A stretch of DNA of 64,000 nt from Protoeuglena noctilucae (taxonomy: Eukaryota). The notes below the pieces were generated by a model, which made no database searches, was not told where the DNA came from, and worked only from the letters and a program-made list of their open reading frames with translations. A program made the position numbers and the translations under genes. The stretch lies in NCBI GenBank assembly GCA_958009085.1, contig OY253675.1:992001-1056000 (forward strand). The letters run 5' to 3'. Each line of letters starts with the position of its first letter. Position 1 is the stretch's first letter. This document shows positions 37,444 through 49,619 of the stretch, piece by piece.

Positions 37444-38125
37444 GCCCCGGGCGGAGCGTAGTGGGCGTTCTTAAGACCCTGACGTAGAGCGCAGCTTTGT
37501 CAAGAGCCATAGCTTAGCGAGCAGCGCATGCTCGGTCGCTCGGTCGACCAGCGCGGCGCGCACCATCGTGTAAAACCCGCAGGCGCCCTTCGCATGCCCC
37601 GGATCGAGGGTCCTCCGCAGCTCCGCGGCCTCGAGCTGTCCCGTGGCAGGCGTTGTCTTTCGAACGTCTGCCACGCGCGGTCTCAACCGCGCGCGCCTCT
37701 GCCCCAGGCGGCATTCGCTCGAAGAATGCCGAGTGAACGTGTGGGCCCAATGGGGCTTTGGGCGGGAAGCGGGCGTGTGCAGTCGATTGGGAGTGAGGCA
37801 CGTATGTGAGCGCGATGTCGCGCCGGATCCGCACGCGCGCCCCGGCGGAGCGCCGGCCGGCGCCTGCATTCCGTCGCGACCGCAGCGTCCCCCTGGCACC
37901 TAAGAGACAGCGGCGGGTGCGTCGCGAGGCTAAAACGATCCCAAACAAACCATTGCTACCAGCGCCTGGCGATCTTACTTCGTGCCTCGTTCAATCTGGC
38001 GTGTCAGCGACGCGACGCCCCTCGCCTCGCCCCGTTGCCGAGGCTATGCCGCTTTAAAAGTGCTTTCCCATGTAGCAACCCAGCATGTCGCAACATCGCG
38101 GCGTCAACGTTCATCACAGCCAGCC

Positions 38126-41100
38126 TCAATCGACGGCAACGACCCTGCCACCGGTCCGCGCCCTCTTGGCCGGCGGCCCATTACCAGGCAAGACCCCTCC
38201 CTGCCCCCGCGGCCCCGCGTTGGCACACGCCCTCTGCAGCGGCCCCGGCGACGACCCGGACCCCGGCCCCGGCCCGGAGCTCTGCCCCACAGGTGGCGGT
38301 GCACGCGCGCCTTCCTCTCTCATCAACCCTGACATCGCTGCCCCTGACCCAGCCCCTGCCCCTGACCCTCCCATTGCCCCCCGAGCCTCAGCCCACCCGA
38401 CGAGCTCCACCAGGTCCGCATCATCGATCCCCGAAGCCGCCCCACCTGCTCCCGCACCCGCCGCCTCCCCCGGCCCTAGTGTTGCCGCCTGCGAGGCCGC
38501 CTGCCTCGCGAAGTAGCTCCCGATGTCCGGCCCAGCCTGCGCCGCGGGCGGTGCGGTCTGCGAGGCGAGCTTCCCCGCTTTGCCGTCCAGCACCGTGCCG
38601 ATGTTACAAAGCTTGGACACCACCGTCCGCCTCATGTGCTCGTCGCACGTGCCGGCCGTGAGGAGGTAGATGACGCGGACCTGGCTGGTCTGGGAGATGC
38701 TGCGAAGGGGCGTGGGGAGGAGAGAGAGATGTGTGGGGTGATATGGTCGCGTAAGCTCTCTACAATGTAAACCGCACCGAGGGTAGACAAGCACCGCACC
38801 GCCCACCCTCTCTCCGCCACACCCTCTCTCAGTCACTACCCTCTCCACCCACCCATCATTCATCCCCCAATCCATTCCATCCCTCACCGGTGCGCCCGGT
38901 CCTCGCACTGCTGCAGCAGCCCCGGCGTCCAGCACATCTCGGCAAAAACGACCGTGGACGCGGCCGTGAGGGTGATGCCCGCGTTGGCGGCCGTGATGCC
39001 CAGCACCGCCACCCGCACCGAGTCGTTCTCCTGGAATCGCTGCACCTGGGCCTGGCGGTCCGCGGCGGGGGTGCTGCCGTCGATGCGGACGTGCGGCACG
39101 CCCTTCTGGCGGCACACGGCCTGACAGGCGTCCAGCTGCAGAGGGTGCGGGGGTGTGTAGCGGGGTCGTGAGTGGGACTCACAATGCTGCGGTGAAACGC
39201 AGTGTAGCAAGAAAGCTCGGCTATGCAAAGCAGAGGAGAGGAGCAGCTGTGTTACTTCGCTCCTCCCACTCACCATGGGCAGGTGATGCGCGAACACGAG
39301 GAACTTGGTCCCCTCGTCGATCATCTTCTCCAAGTGCCTCTGCACGGGCTTGCGCTTGACCTCCACTGCGATGGACAGGGAGAGGGGTTCGTTACTTAGT
39401 ACTGAAATATTTTAAAGGGTGTCTGTGATTAAGAGCTGCTCCGCATGACACCCCCCACGACTTGCTCTTCCCACCGCAAGCACCGCAGTCCCACTCGCGC
39501 CATCCGCCACCAGGCTCATTGCATCGCATGGCACCCCTGCCCCACTCGCAAGCACCGCAGTCCCACTCGCTCCCCCACTCGCAGGCGCCACTCGCCCGTC
39601 TCGCTCCACAGCTTGTTCATGAGCGTCTTGGCCTCGACCCGGAGCCCCTCCAGCTCCGCCGACGCCTCTGCCCCACGCCTGCCCTCCAGGTCGTGGATCA
39701 TCTCTGCCACCCGGCGACGGCGGGAGATGACGGGCTCCAGGAGCTGTAGTGAGAGATGACGAGGTTTGTCCGTTGTATTAGTGGATGAGTCAATGGATGA
39801 TGGGCACACACTGGGGCACCCACACACACACCCCACGCCCACCCGCCCACTCGCATGCGGCCAGATCCCCATTCACTCGCACTGGCATACACCCATATGC
39901 CCCGCCGCCCATGCATTGTCTCACCTGCAGGTCCGCTGGCGGCACCTCCAGCCACACATCCACGCGCACTTTGGAGGGCAGCTGCGACAGCACGTCCTCC
40001 TTGCGGCGGCGTATCATGATGGTGTTGGTCAGCATCGCGTTGAGCTCCTGCTTGTTGGAGGCGCCTGCGAGGATGCGGGAGGTATAGTAAGGGTGAGACT
40101 GAGACTTCGCCACGCTGCTTGCTACTTGCAGCTTGCCCCATTCTCGCCCCACCCCGCTCCGTACCACTCCCCTCACCACCCCTGCCACACAACACACCCC
40201 ACACAAGTGTTCACAAGTCCTCTCCTATACACATGCCCCCCATATTCACGCACCTTGGAACTCCCCGAATCTCCCCCCTGAGCAGTACCTCTCCCCGTAC
40301 GCCTGGAGACCCACGCCGGGGACCAGGGAAGACACGGCCGTGAACATCTGCGGTGACAGTGAGGTGGGCAGAGATCATTAGCAATGACCGGTTGTGGGCT
40401 TGCAAGTGAGAATGGGGCGAAGCTCAAGGCAGCAGCGCCCCATATGCACACCAAGTGACCCATGTGCGCACGGTGTACTCGTGTCACCTCGATGGGCTTG
40501 TTGAGTGCTGGCGTGCCGGATATCATGAGGACGCGCTTCATCTTGCACGCCTTGAGGATGGCCAGGGCCGCGCGGGTCGTCTTGGAGGTGTGGGCCTTGA
40601 TGCTGCGGGCAGTGGAGGTGCAAGTGTGCACGAGCACTCACTCACTGGTATAACAGCCAACATGCGTCATCACCACTGACACTCGTCCCTTGCTCCGTCA
40701 CTACCATCTCCGCCCTCATCAGTAGCACCAGCTCGCACACCCCAACTGAAACCTCACCAGTAACGCTAGCTCACACATAGTAGTACTACCTCCTCCACCC
40801 TCACCAGTGGCACTCGTCCATGATGGCCACGTTGAACCCCATGGACCCCAGACACTGCCTGAGCTTGTCCAGGAGAGTGTACGTCACGATCACCACCTTG
40901 GGGCGGGACGACGACAGGCGGTCCGAGTCCTTGCCCGCCGTCACCTGAGGGTAGTTTATTGATATGAGAGATGAGAAGAGAGGAATTGATGATACAGCGG
41001 GTGCCAGTCAGCCGCACACGACAGCTATCGGTCATCAACGCCTGCCCCACCCACTCCCTCACTCACTCTCTCACACCCCACCCCACTGCACCACACCCCA

Positions 41101-43239
41101 CACGCGTCTCACCGTGAACACGTCCCGGTCGTCCACCCCCAGCCAGTCGTACATTGCTTCTCTCCACGCCTCCCTCGTCGACGTGGGGCACGTGATGAGC
41201 GCCGGCCACTCGTCACGGTAAGCTGCCATGGCGGCGATCGCCTGCACCGTCTTGCCCAGGCCCCTGCGGGTGGGCGAGATGAGGATGGTGTGATTGCATG
41301 GTACTGCGGCATTAGTTTAAGGTCATAGGTCACAGCAAGCAGGAGCGGTTACGCTGTTGCATAGGGCTGTGCAGGGCGGCGACAGTGACCCGTTCTGTCC
41401 TGGCGCAACTGAGGTGCTAGTACTATAGACTGCGCCCTCACATGTCGTCTGCCAGGAGCGCCCGCCCCCCCCGCTTGAGGATGAACTGGATGCCCTCTCT
41501 TTGGAAGGGAAGCAGACGCTGCAAGGGAGAGCGAGGGCGACAGTGGTAATGTGTGAGATCCACTGGTGCTCTTGGTGAGTACTTATGAAGAGTGGGAGGG
41601 GCGGAGGGCAGCACTGCCAGCGCCGGTGCCGTCCACATGCCGCTGTTCTACCGATCATCAGCCAGCCGACGGCCCCACCTTGGCGAGACGCTCGGGGATG
41701 TTGCTGAAGCGTTCCGAGTCGTCCGGCCACGTCTGGACGGACCGGAAGACGAGCATCGGCAAGTCGTGCAGCTCCTTGACCTGAGGTGAGACAATAGTGT
41801 TGGGTAGTGATGAGGACAACATGAGCGGACATTTACCCTTGCAAAGCTGCAACAGAAAGAAAAGTGCATCAACACCCCCTCAGAGAGCGCCCCTCGCCTG
41901 CACTTGAGCCCCCGCCGTGGCCCGGAGGCCCTCGGCCACGCGGGCGGCGTCAGAAACGGACGGCCACGTCCACATGCGCGAGGCGGCGTCCCACTGACCC
42001 CCCAAGTCCCGGCACCGGGACTGCACCGCGGCGTGGAAGCCGAACTTGGCACCCAGGCGGCCACCTGCGGGGGGCGGGGCGGCATGGCAAAGCACGATTG
42101 GGTGTGAGCGACATGGCACGCGACATTTGCGATCCCTGCTCGCCTATGCAGACAACTGTGGGTGGGTCTGACAGACCATCGTCGTCTTGCATCTTCACAT
42201 ACACACAACTCTTGCAATGCCAACCTCGCTCACCTGCTGCCAGCATCAGCTCCACCGTCACTAGCGGCCCCAGGCCCGAAGGCCCCGCCGGCCCGCCGGC
42301 GTTGCGGGTGAAGACCGGGGCGAGAGGCAGCGGCGCGGGCTGCCCCGGCACTGCTCCCGCTTGCGCCCGTGCAGCACCGGACCCCGATCCGCTGAGCCTG
42401 GCGGGAGGCGCGGGCGCGGATCCCCGGATGCCGTCGGTGGCAAGGGCCGGCGCGGGCGGCGTGGCGCGGGTCAGGGGCGGGTGCGGGCGCCCGGAAGAGT
42501 GGCCGGAGCCCGGGCCTGGGTCGCTGCGGGGCGGTGCTGTATTGCTGGGGCCGCCGGCAGGGTGCGTCAGGTGGCCTTGCGCGCGCGACTCGTGCCCCGT
42601 AGCTCCGGAAGCACCGCTGGACCGCCCGGAGCCGGACTCCGCGGCGTGGTGTGGCGGTGGAGGGCGCCATCGGGTGTCCGCTGGGCCTCCCGGGGCGACG
42701 GCACGCCCGGACGAAGCCGTGAGCTGCAGAGGGAGAGATTCGAGGACATGGTTTACAGAAATCACAACGAGATGCATTTTCATGCAGCGTCCGTTCGTTA
42801 CCTGGGGCTGTGCGCTTGCTGAAGGGAGCGCCGCGCTTGAGACGGCATTTGACGGCCGCGCCGCGACGGAAGCTGCTAAAGCATCCTGCGTTCGAGACGC
42901 GGGGATGCTATCATGAGCGAAAAAGCGGCCAACGACCCGCTGCGGGTCTGCGGATGGGCTATGCACTTCCCTGCGAGAGGAAGAAGCGCAATCGGTGCAT
43001 CTCGGCAGCGATCGTGAAATACTTGGCTATTCGTATCAAGCACGCGGCTCGCGGGGGCGCGAAGGGCTGCCGTCGCCGCAGGGCGGACCTCAGCGTGCCG
43101 GGCGCGTTCGCAAGCCCTCTCGGCGCACCTGGCCGTTCCCCTGCTTCCCCCTCCCCGCCAGGATCTGCTGGCGCTTCGCGAGGGCCTCTCGCCGCTTCCT
43201 CTTGATCTCCTGCCTCTGCTGCTCCGTCAGCTGCTCCAT
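38126..43239 (-). CDS. SMARCAL1: SMARCAL1 (HARP) SNF2-family annealing helicase, multi-exon
   Basis: N-terminal RPA-binding helix MEQLTEQQRQEIKRKRREALAKR, HARP-like KFGFH..GGQWDAASRMWTW, LLPFQREGI..GGRALLADDMGLGKTVQA, IMDECH, ISGTPALNKP, FLVFAHH, RIDGST, AGITLTAA..QCEDRAHR. Confidence 0.92.
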
Positions 43240-43762
43240 GCAGTTGGTGCTGCGAGCTGCAATCTGGCCAATGCGACGGCGTCGGCTGTTACTGCTGCGA
43301 TCCACGACCTACTGCCGGTGCACAGCGCTCGGCCAGCTGCTTCAAGTTGTTGGGGAACGAAGCGTCTGGCACACTGCAGGACTTGCGTATCGCTGATGGT
43401 GCCCTGCGTCTTCACTATCTGAACACGTGCAAGGCCAGGCCGTGCATCTCTAATCACGCCATCGGGCTGTGCAGCGCAGGGGAGCGGACAACGCGCCTAT
43501 CAGCATGCGCAGCTGCAGGCCAACATGCAGTGGCAGCGGCCCAATCCAACCCATCACTAGAGCTATGCATGCAGCGCACTCTCTCTCTCCTTACGCCATG
43601 TGGTCAGAACATCTCGGCTTGGACCGCCTCGGAGCTTCGCGCTGGGTCTTGCGCCTCACCAGCCTGTGAGCAGACTCGTGCGAGTGCCCGTCCAAGCTTG
43701 GCGTTAGCTCACTGCAGCCAGCTGTAGGCACCCATTGTGAAATGTCTGCTCACCTCTTTCCC

Positions 43763-46725
43763 TTAGAAGCCCCTTCCGCCCTCCTCGTCCCCGGACTCCC
43801 CCTCCTCATCGCCGCTGCTGCCGTTACCGTCGTCCTCGTCCTCGTCCTCGCTGACGCTGTCGCCGTCGGAACCGCCGTCGCCATCGCCCTCCTCCGCATC
43901 ATCAGGGAACTCCTCCTCCGCCTCCTCGTCGAGCCTCAGCTCCTCGTTTAGGCTGATGACCATGGCCAGGTCCTCATCGTCCCCCATCTCCATCTCCTCG
44001 CCCAGCGCCTCCACCTCGTCCCACTCCAGGTCGGTGTCCGTCTTCGCCGCCCCCACCGCCTGCGCCACCCCGGCGGCCTGCTTCCCACCGTACTGCCGGA
44101 GGTGGGCTGGCAGGATGAAGTAGACCATCTTGCTGTCGTTGTTGAACTCGAAGTTGCTCTTGCACGCAGCGACCTTGGCCAGGTGCGCCCGGAACTCCGC
44201 ATCCGACAGGTCCTTCTTCATGTAGTTGCACTCCTTGCAGCACGTCTGGACGTTGCCCTTGACGTAGCCGAGCTTGTTGTCGATCCGGTCCACCCCGTTG
44301 GTGCCGGTCTTGAGCTTGCAGTACACGCACGGCTTGGCACGGAGGTCGTTGAACTTGTCCTCGGTGAGCGCGAAAGCGAGGCCCTTCTTCTTAGCCCTCC
44401 TGCGGTAGCTCGCGAAGCTGGAGGCCGACATCGGGGCCGGCCACGCCGACGAGTGGCTGCCGGCTCCCGTGATGTGCTTGGCGCGGCAGATGAAGTTGGA
44501 CGGGTCGCACTGGCCCTTCATGTTGTTGCAGATCTTGCAGGCGGGCGCCACGTTCCCCCTCACGTAGCCCTGGCCGACCACCATGCAATCGATGCCGTTG
44601 GAGGCCCCGGGCTTCGACTCCTCGCCGCAATATACGCAGGGCAGGGCCATGAGCTCCATCGCCGCCTGGGTGTCTTCCAGGAACGTGATGACGCCGCGCT
44701 TCCGACGGTGGAAGACCATGACGGCAAGCTTACTCGATGCATGATTGGCGTAGTAAAGCTTCTTGTAGTAGCCCGGGTGCTCGGCACGGAACTTGGCCTG
44801 CAGCTCACTGTAGTAGCGCAGGAAGCCCTCCAGGTCCTTCTCCTTGTACCTGGCGCGGAGCTCGCGACGATACTTCGCCACGGCCTCCCTCGTTCTGCAG
44901 TACCACGCTCGCTTCGCCTTCCGCCTCTCCTCCCGCTTGTCGTAGTGCATGCCCTTGTCCCGGCACGTGAGGCAGTAGCTCGCGGCGTCCTTGCGCTGGC
45001 CCAGCTGCGTGGCGATGCTGCCTGCATTGCCGCGGTCCACGAACTGGTCCGGGGGCTGGGGGTCACGCACCGTGCACTTGAAGTATCCGCATACCACGGT
45101 GCCCTCAGGCGCCGTCTCCTGCGCGTGATGGGCACGTGATGCTGCTGCGCAATGCTGGAGCTTGTTGCTAGCACTTAGCGTCCATCAGCAATCCTGCGTC
45201 ATCCACACAAGAACGTTGCCGATACAATGCCGATACATTCATTGCATGCAACACATGCATTACCGATACATTCAGTGATCAAGTGACAAAGACTGAGGGC
45301 AGCGGTCACCTTCATCGCCTGGATCTCGCTCTCCCGGGTTTTGATGTACGTGCGCTCCTGCTCGTAATGGAGCTCGCATCGTTTCCCTCCCTCCCGCTTC
45401 CGGTTCTGGCAGTTCTTCCGGCTGCACAGCCCCGGGTCCTTGCCCTGATACCTCGCCTTGTCCTTGGCCTCGCGGTCGTCCCGGCAACCATTGCACCACT
45501 TCGAGAGGCCCTTGCCCTTGCGCCTCACAAACTCGGCCGGGTCCTTGATGGCGTCGCACTTCTCGCAGCGCTTCTTCCCCTCGCGCTCCGCGGCTGCGTC
45601 CTTGGCCTCGCGCGCCCCCTTCAGCCATTGCTCCATGATCTCCTCCATCTCCACGAGCTCCTTGATGATGGGCTTCTGCTTGTCATCGAGCCCGTTGGCC
45701 TTTAGGCCCCTCTTATGTCGCTGATACCAAAGCCACTCCTCGCTCGTCTTGGCCATGCCCCCACCAGACTTGAACTCTTTCTTGAGTTGCGCCACGTGTT
45801 TCTTGGCGTCCTTGTGCCACTGGTCCTTTTGAACATTTTCCCAGGTCCACCCCGGCAAGGACTTGAACATGTCCACGACCTCCTTGGTAAGGTTGCCGTC
45901 CCTGTAATGCCTGCGGTAGTTGCTGCACATCTTTCCCACTTTCGTCAAGTCCCCCACGTCTTGGTTCGCTTTAGGCAGGCGCTTGTACTTCTTCCAACAC
46001 TCTTCGCATGCGTCGACCAGTTTCCGCGCAGCCCTGAGCATTGCCGGGTTCGTGGGCCCCGCCCTGCAGGCATGAATCAGGCAACTCGTGCAGTGAGGTG
46101 TGGCCGCAGACTACCTCAGTCATCCATCTGCTACCCCTGGAGGGTTGCTCACTTGAACTGCGGTTCCTCGTCCCCATCCCTTTCTGCCCGCTTCCTCTTG
46201 GCGCCCTGCCCACGCCCTCGTCCCGCACCGGCCTTCCTCCCCCGCTTTGAGCTCCCGGAGCAGCCACCAGCACCCCTGCGGCACACGACAGATCATTATC
46301 CGCATAAAGACAGATCCCAATTCTCAGCCACATCCACCCTGCGCCTACGCTGCATGTGCTCACCCCGACCCTGCAGCCCTGCTCGGCGAGTCGCCGGGGG
46401 CTTGTCCTGAGGGGGCCGGCGAGGTTCCGTCCACCACATCCATGCGCAGGTCCTCTCTGGGGGCGAAAAAACTCAAAGAGAGCTTGGAAATCGGTTGGAG
46501 CACTGTAGCTGCAGTCGGAAAGCCGCGCCCATCTCACCCTTCGCCGGACTCTCCACCAGTCATGTCCTCATCTCGTCCCTCCATTCCCCCGCCCGGAGAG
46601 CGAGAGGAAGGGTCGGCGCTGGGCGCCAGACCCGCAGGCGCTTCCTGCAGCACTTCCTCCGCGAGCGCCTCGTCCGGGCCTTCGTCGTCGCTCATCTCTA
46701 TCACACCACCATTCCCACGCGGCAT
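43763..46725 (-). CDS. Five-exon, about 837-aa protein: acidic N-terminus and NLS, two helicase-associated (HA)-like repeats, several Zn-binding Cys clusters, two tandem HNH-like modules, acidic tail
   Basis: Exons 46725-46538, 46456-46364, 46275-46153, 46063-45310 and 45118-43763 join in phase at GT-AG sites. Motifs: YRRHYRDGNLTKEVVDMFKSLPGWTW; PCVYC..NGIDC..GYVRGNVAPACKICNNMK; PCVYC..NGVDRIDNKLGYVKGNVQTCCKECNYMK. Confidence 0.82.
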
Positions 46726-47457
46726 CCTGCCTCGGACGGCCCCGACGTGGGCCCTGCGTGAAGAACATGGTGGTGCATTTGGACAAGGCACTTCGTCCAG
46801 CAAAGGCGATGGCGCCCTCCGCACGCCCTCTGAGCGGTTTCCTTGCCGACATACACGCGCGTTAAAGCCGGCACTTCGGACCAACAGCACCGCGTGCGCA
46901 CGGCGCGGCCCAGCGCAGACAGCGCCACACCACTCGCTCCCCGGCTCGCCTTCCGACGCACGCCTCGGCGCGCACGGTATGCCTATTGCGCGACGAGGTC
47001 CTCGTCAAGCCGGCCGCGACGGGAGGGGTCCGTAGCTCCTCTGTGCGCCTACGTCCGGGGGGTAGTTCTCCAAGGAGCTCCCCAAGGCTCACTAACTTGC
47101 CGATCGCCACGCCAACTAGCTACCGCTGCTCACGGAAGTGCCTGTCGCCACGCAGCGGCACGGCCGACGACCGCGCTCCGCGCTCGGTCTGACTGGGTTA
47201 ACCTCCGTCCGACTTTTCCATGAAGCCGACAGCACGCTCCCTCTCCCCTCACCCACGAGCAGAGACATTCCCGTGTCAGGCGCCTGCGTCCGAGAGGCGT
47301 CTTCCCGCCAGCTTCCAGCTTCCAAAAGGTGCGCATGTCTGCGATGCCATATCCACCGCGGCGTGCGTCGCCCGGCCCGATATCCACTCATACTCACACA
47401 TCGAACCGGCCTCTCTCGCAAGGACTCCCGTATTGTCCTACACAACGCCCCTGGAGG

Positions 47458-49462
47458 ATGGCAGACGCAGGTGCGGCATGCCCAGCTAACAATGCGCGTT
47501 CCTCGGCACCTTGCGATGGCACGTCTTGACACGGGACGCTTTTTAACAACCCCAGGGTACACGTGGGACGACCTGCCCAGGGAACTCCATTGCAAGGTCC
47601 TGCGGCTGCTGCCCCTGGAATACGCGACGCTCGCCCGGTGGGCCTCGAAGATGCGCGGAGAGGTGGACGAGATATGGGGGAGCTGGGGCCTCCGCGCCGC
47701 GCCCTTTGATGGCACCAATCGGGTTCCGCCCGGGGGAAACCTCGCGGAGGAGTTCACATTGAGCGGCCCGCTGCACGTGTGGCTGCACAACGGCTCCCAC
47801 GCGCACCACCTGGCGAGCGTCGGCAAGCCGTGGCTAGCCGTCATGGTCTCCGAGCCCGGGCTGGCGATGAACGAGCCATGGGACGAGGTCCCGTTCGCAT
47901 TTGCGCATCCCCCGGACACGCACGTGCACTCGCCGCTGTCGCTGGCGGTGCAGGCGAAGGTGCCGGTGGGGTACGACATGGTAAGGTTCATCCGGTGGGG
48001 ATACGCGCTGGGGGACGAGGAGATGGCGCGGATGGTGCGCGCGGCGGTGGCGATGGGGGTGGACATCAACCGCACCCTGCACTCGACGGGCCCGCTGCTG
48101 GGCTCCTGCGCGGGTCGGGGCCTCGTCCGGGCGGTGAGGGCGTGCCTGAAGGCGGGGGCGGAGGTGGACGCCCGCAGCACCTGGAATGGATCGATGGCGC
48201 TTTTCTTCGCCGCGCACGGGGGCCACGAGGCGGTGGTGGACGTGCTGCTGGAGGTCGGGGCGTCGGCGGAGTTGGCGGTCACGACGGGGGACCCCACGCT
48301 GGTGGCCGTGTGCACGGGCAGCCCCACGCCCGCCATCGTGCGGCGGCTGGTCGAGGAGGGGGCGCATCTGAGCGGGGGGGCGCTCCTGTCCGCGTCGATG
48401 TTCGGCAACGTGCCGGTCCTCGAGGCCCTGGTGGAGCTGGGGCTGGACGTGCGCGCGTCGTTCGACGGGACCACGGCGATGCACGTCGCGAAGAACAGGG
48501 ACGTGGCGCAGTGGCTGGCGGCGCGGGGCGCGAGCGTGCAGGGGGACGGCGGGGGCCCGTCGCCCCTGCAGCGCGCATGCAGCACCGGCAGGCTCGACGT
48601 CGTGTACGCGCTGATCAACCTGGGCGCGGACGTCCACTGGCGCGACGGCGAGGGCCGGACGGCCGCGCACGCTGCCGTGTGCGCGGCGAACCTGGACAGC
48701 GAGCCGAGCGACCCCGCTGTCTTCGGCCTCCCCCTGGACATGCTGGATGTGCTGATCATGGCGGGGGCGGACGTCACCGTGGCGGACAACCACGGGGTCA
48801 CGCCGCTGCACCTGACCCGGTGCGTGGAGTGCGTGGACCTGCTGGTGGAGACGGGGGTGCCCGTGGACGCGCAGGACACGGCAGGGCGGACGCCCCTCTT
48901 CTCCGCGTGCGTGCCCATAGAGGGCTTGCCCCAAGCGAAGCCGGACCCCAAGGCGTTCGATATGCTGGTTTTCTGCGGGGCGGATACCCGCGTTACGGTG
49001 GGCGGGGCTAACCTGGTGCACCAGGTCACCAAGTACTGTGGTCACTACCACATCTCGCATCGCGAGAGGGTTGAGTGCGGCTGGCCGAGAGCGCTGTCTA
49101 CGGCGCTTGAGGCGCTGGATGGCGCCCGGGGGAACGACGTGAACAGCAAGGACGGCGAGGGCTCGACGGCACTGCATCACGCCGCGCAGGGCATCTGGGT
49201 GGAGGGGATTCGCATCCTGCTGGCTGCCAGCGCGTCGCCGCACGTGTCGAACGCGGACGGCAACACCCCTCTGCACTTGGCGGCTGTGAAGGACCAGCCG
49301 TCCCTCAAGGACCCCTACCTCAAGCAGCTCATCTCCGCGTGCGTGGAGGCGCTGCTCAGGGCGGGCGCGGACCCGGCGGCAGTCAACAATGCGGGGGCGC
49401 AGGCGCTGTCGGAGGGCATGCAGGCCCAGTTTGCCGCCAAGCTCGCGACCGCGGCTCCCTGA
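47458..49462 (+). CDS. F-box-like plus ankyrin-repeat protein (short first exon MADA, intron 47471-47555, then a single 1.9-kb exon)
   Basis: WDDLPRELHCKVLRLLP F-box-like start; many ankyrin motifs (GTTAMHVA, SPLQRAC, GRTAAHAA, GVTPLHL, GRTPLFSA, GSTALHHAA, GNTPLHLAA). Confidence 0.85.
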
Positions 49463-49619
49463 GCGCGGCACCGCTAGTTTCTATGGCCCCCCATCGGTGC
49501 CGGAGCTGCGTTAGAGCGGCGCTACTCGTTTGCATACCCCCCCGGCGCTGCCAGAGCAGCCTGAGCGTGGCTGTTTGCACCCCTTATCTGTGCTTCAAAC
49601 CCCTTGCCATGCCGTTGAA

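Noticed and set aside
38126..46725. ZRANB3-like fusion of SNF2 helicase and HNH
   Set aside because: The HNH gene is upstream with its own stop, and the helicase begins with its own SMARCAL1 RPA-binding motif; ZRANB3 has HNH at the C-terminus.
43300..47450. Terminal inverted repeats or target-site duplication around the HNH gene
   Set aside because: None found by eye, so it is not called a mobile element; a computational search is still needed.
44102..49471. Long antisense ORFs (44102-45139 +, 47116-49032 -, 47834-49471 -)
   Set aside because: Shadow frames expected from high-GC3 coding sequence; no motifs.
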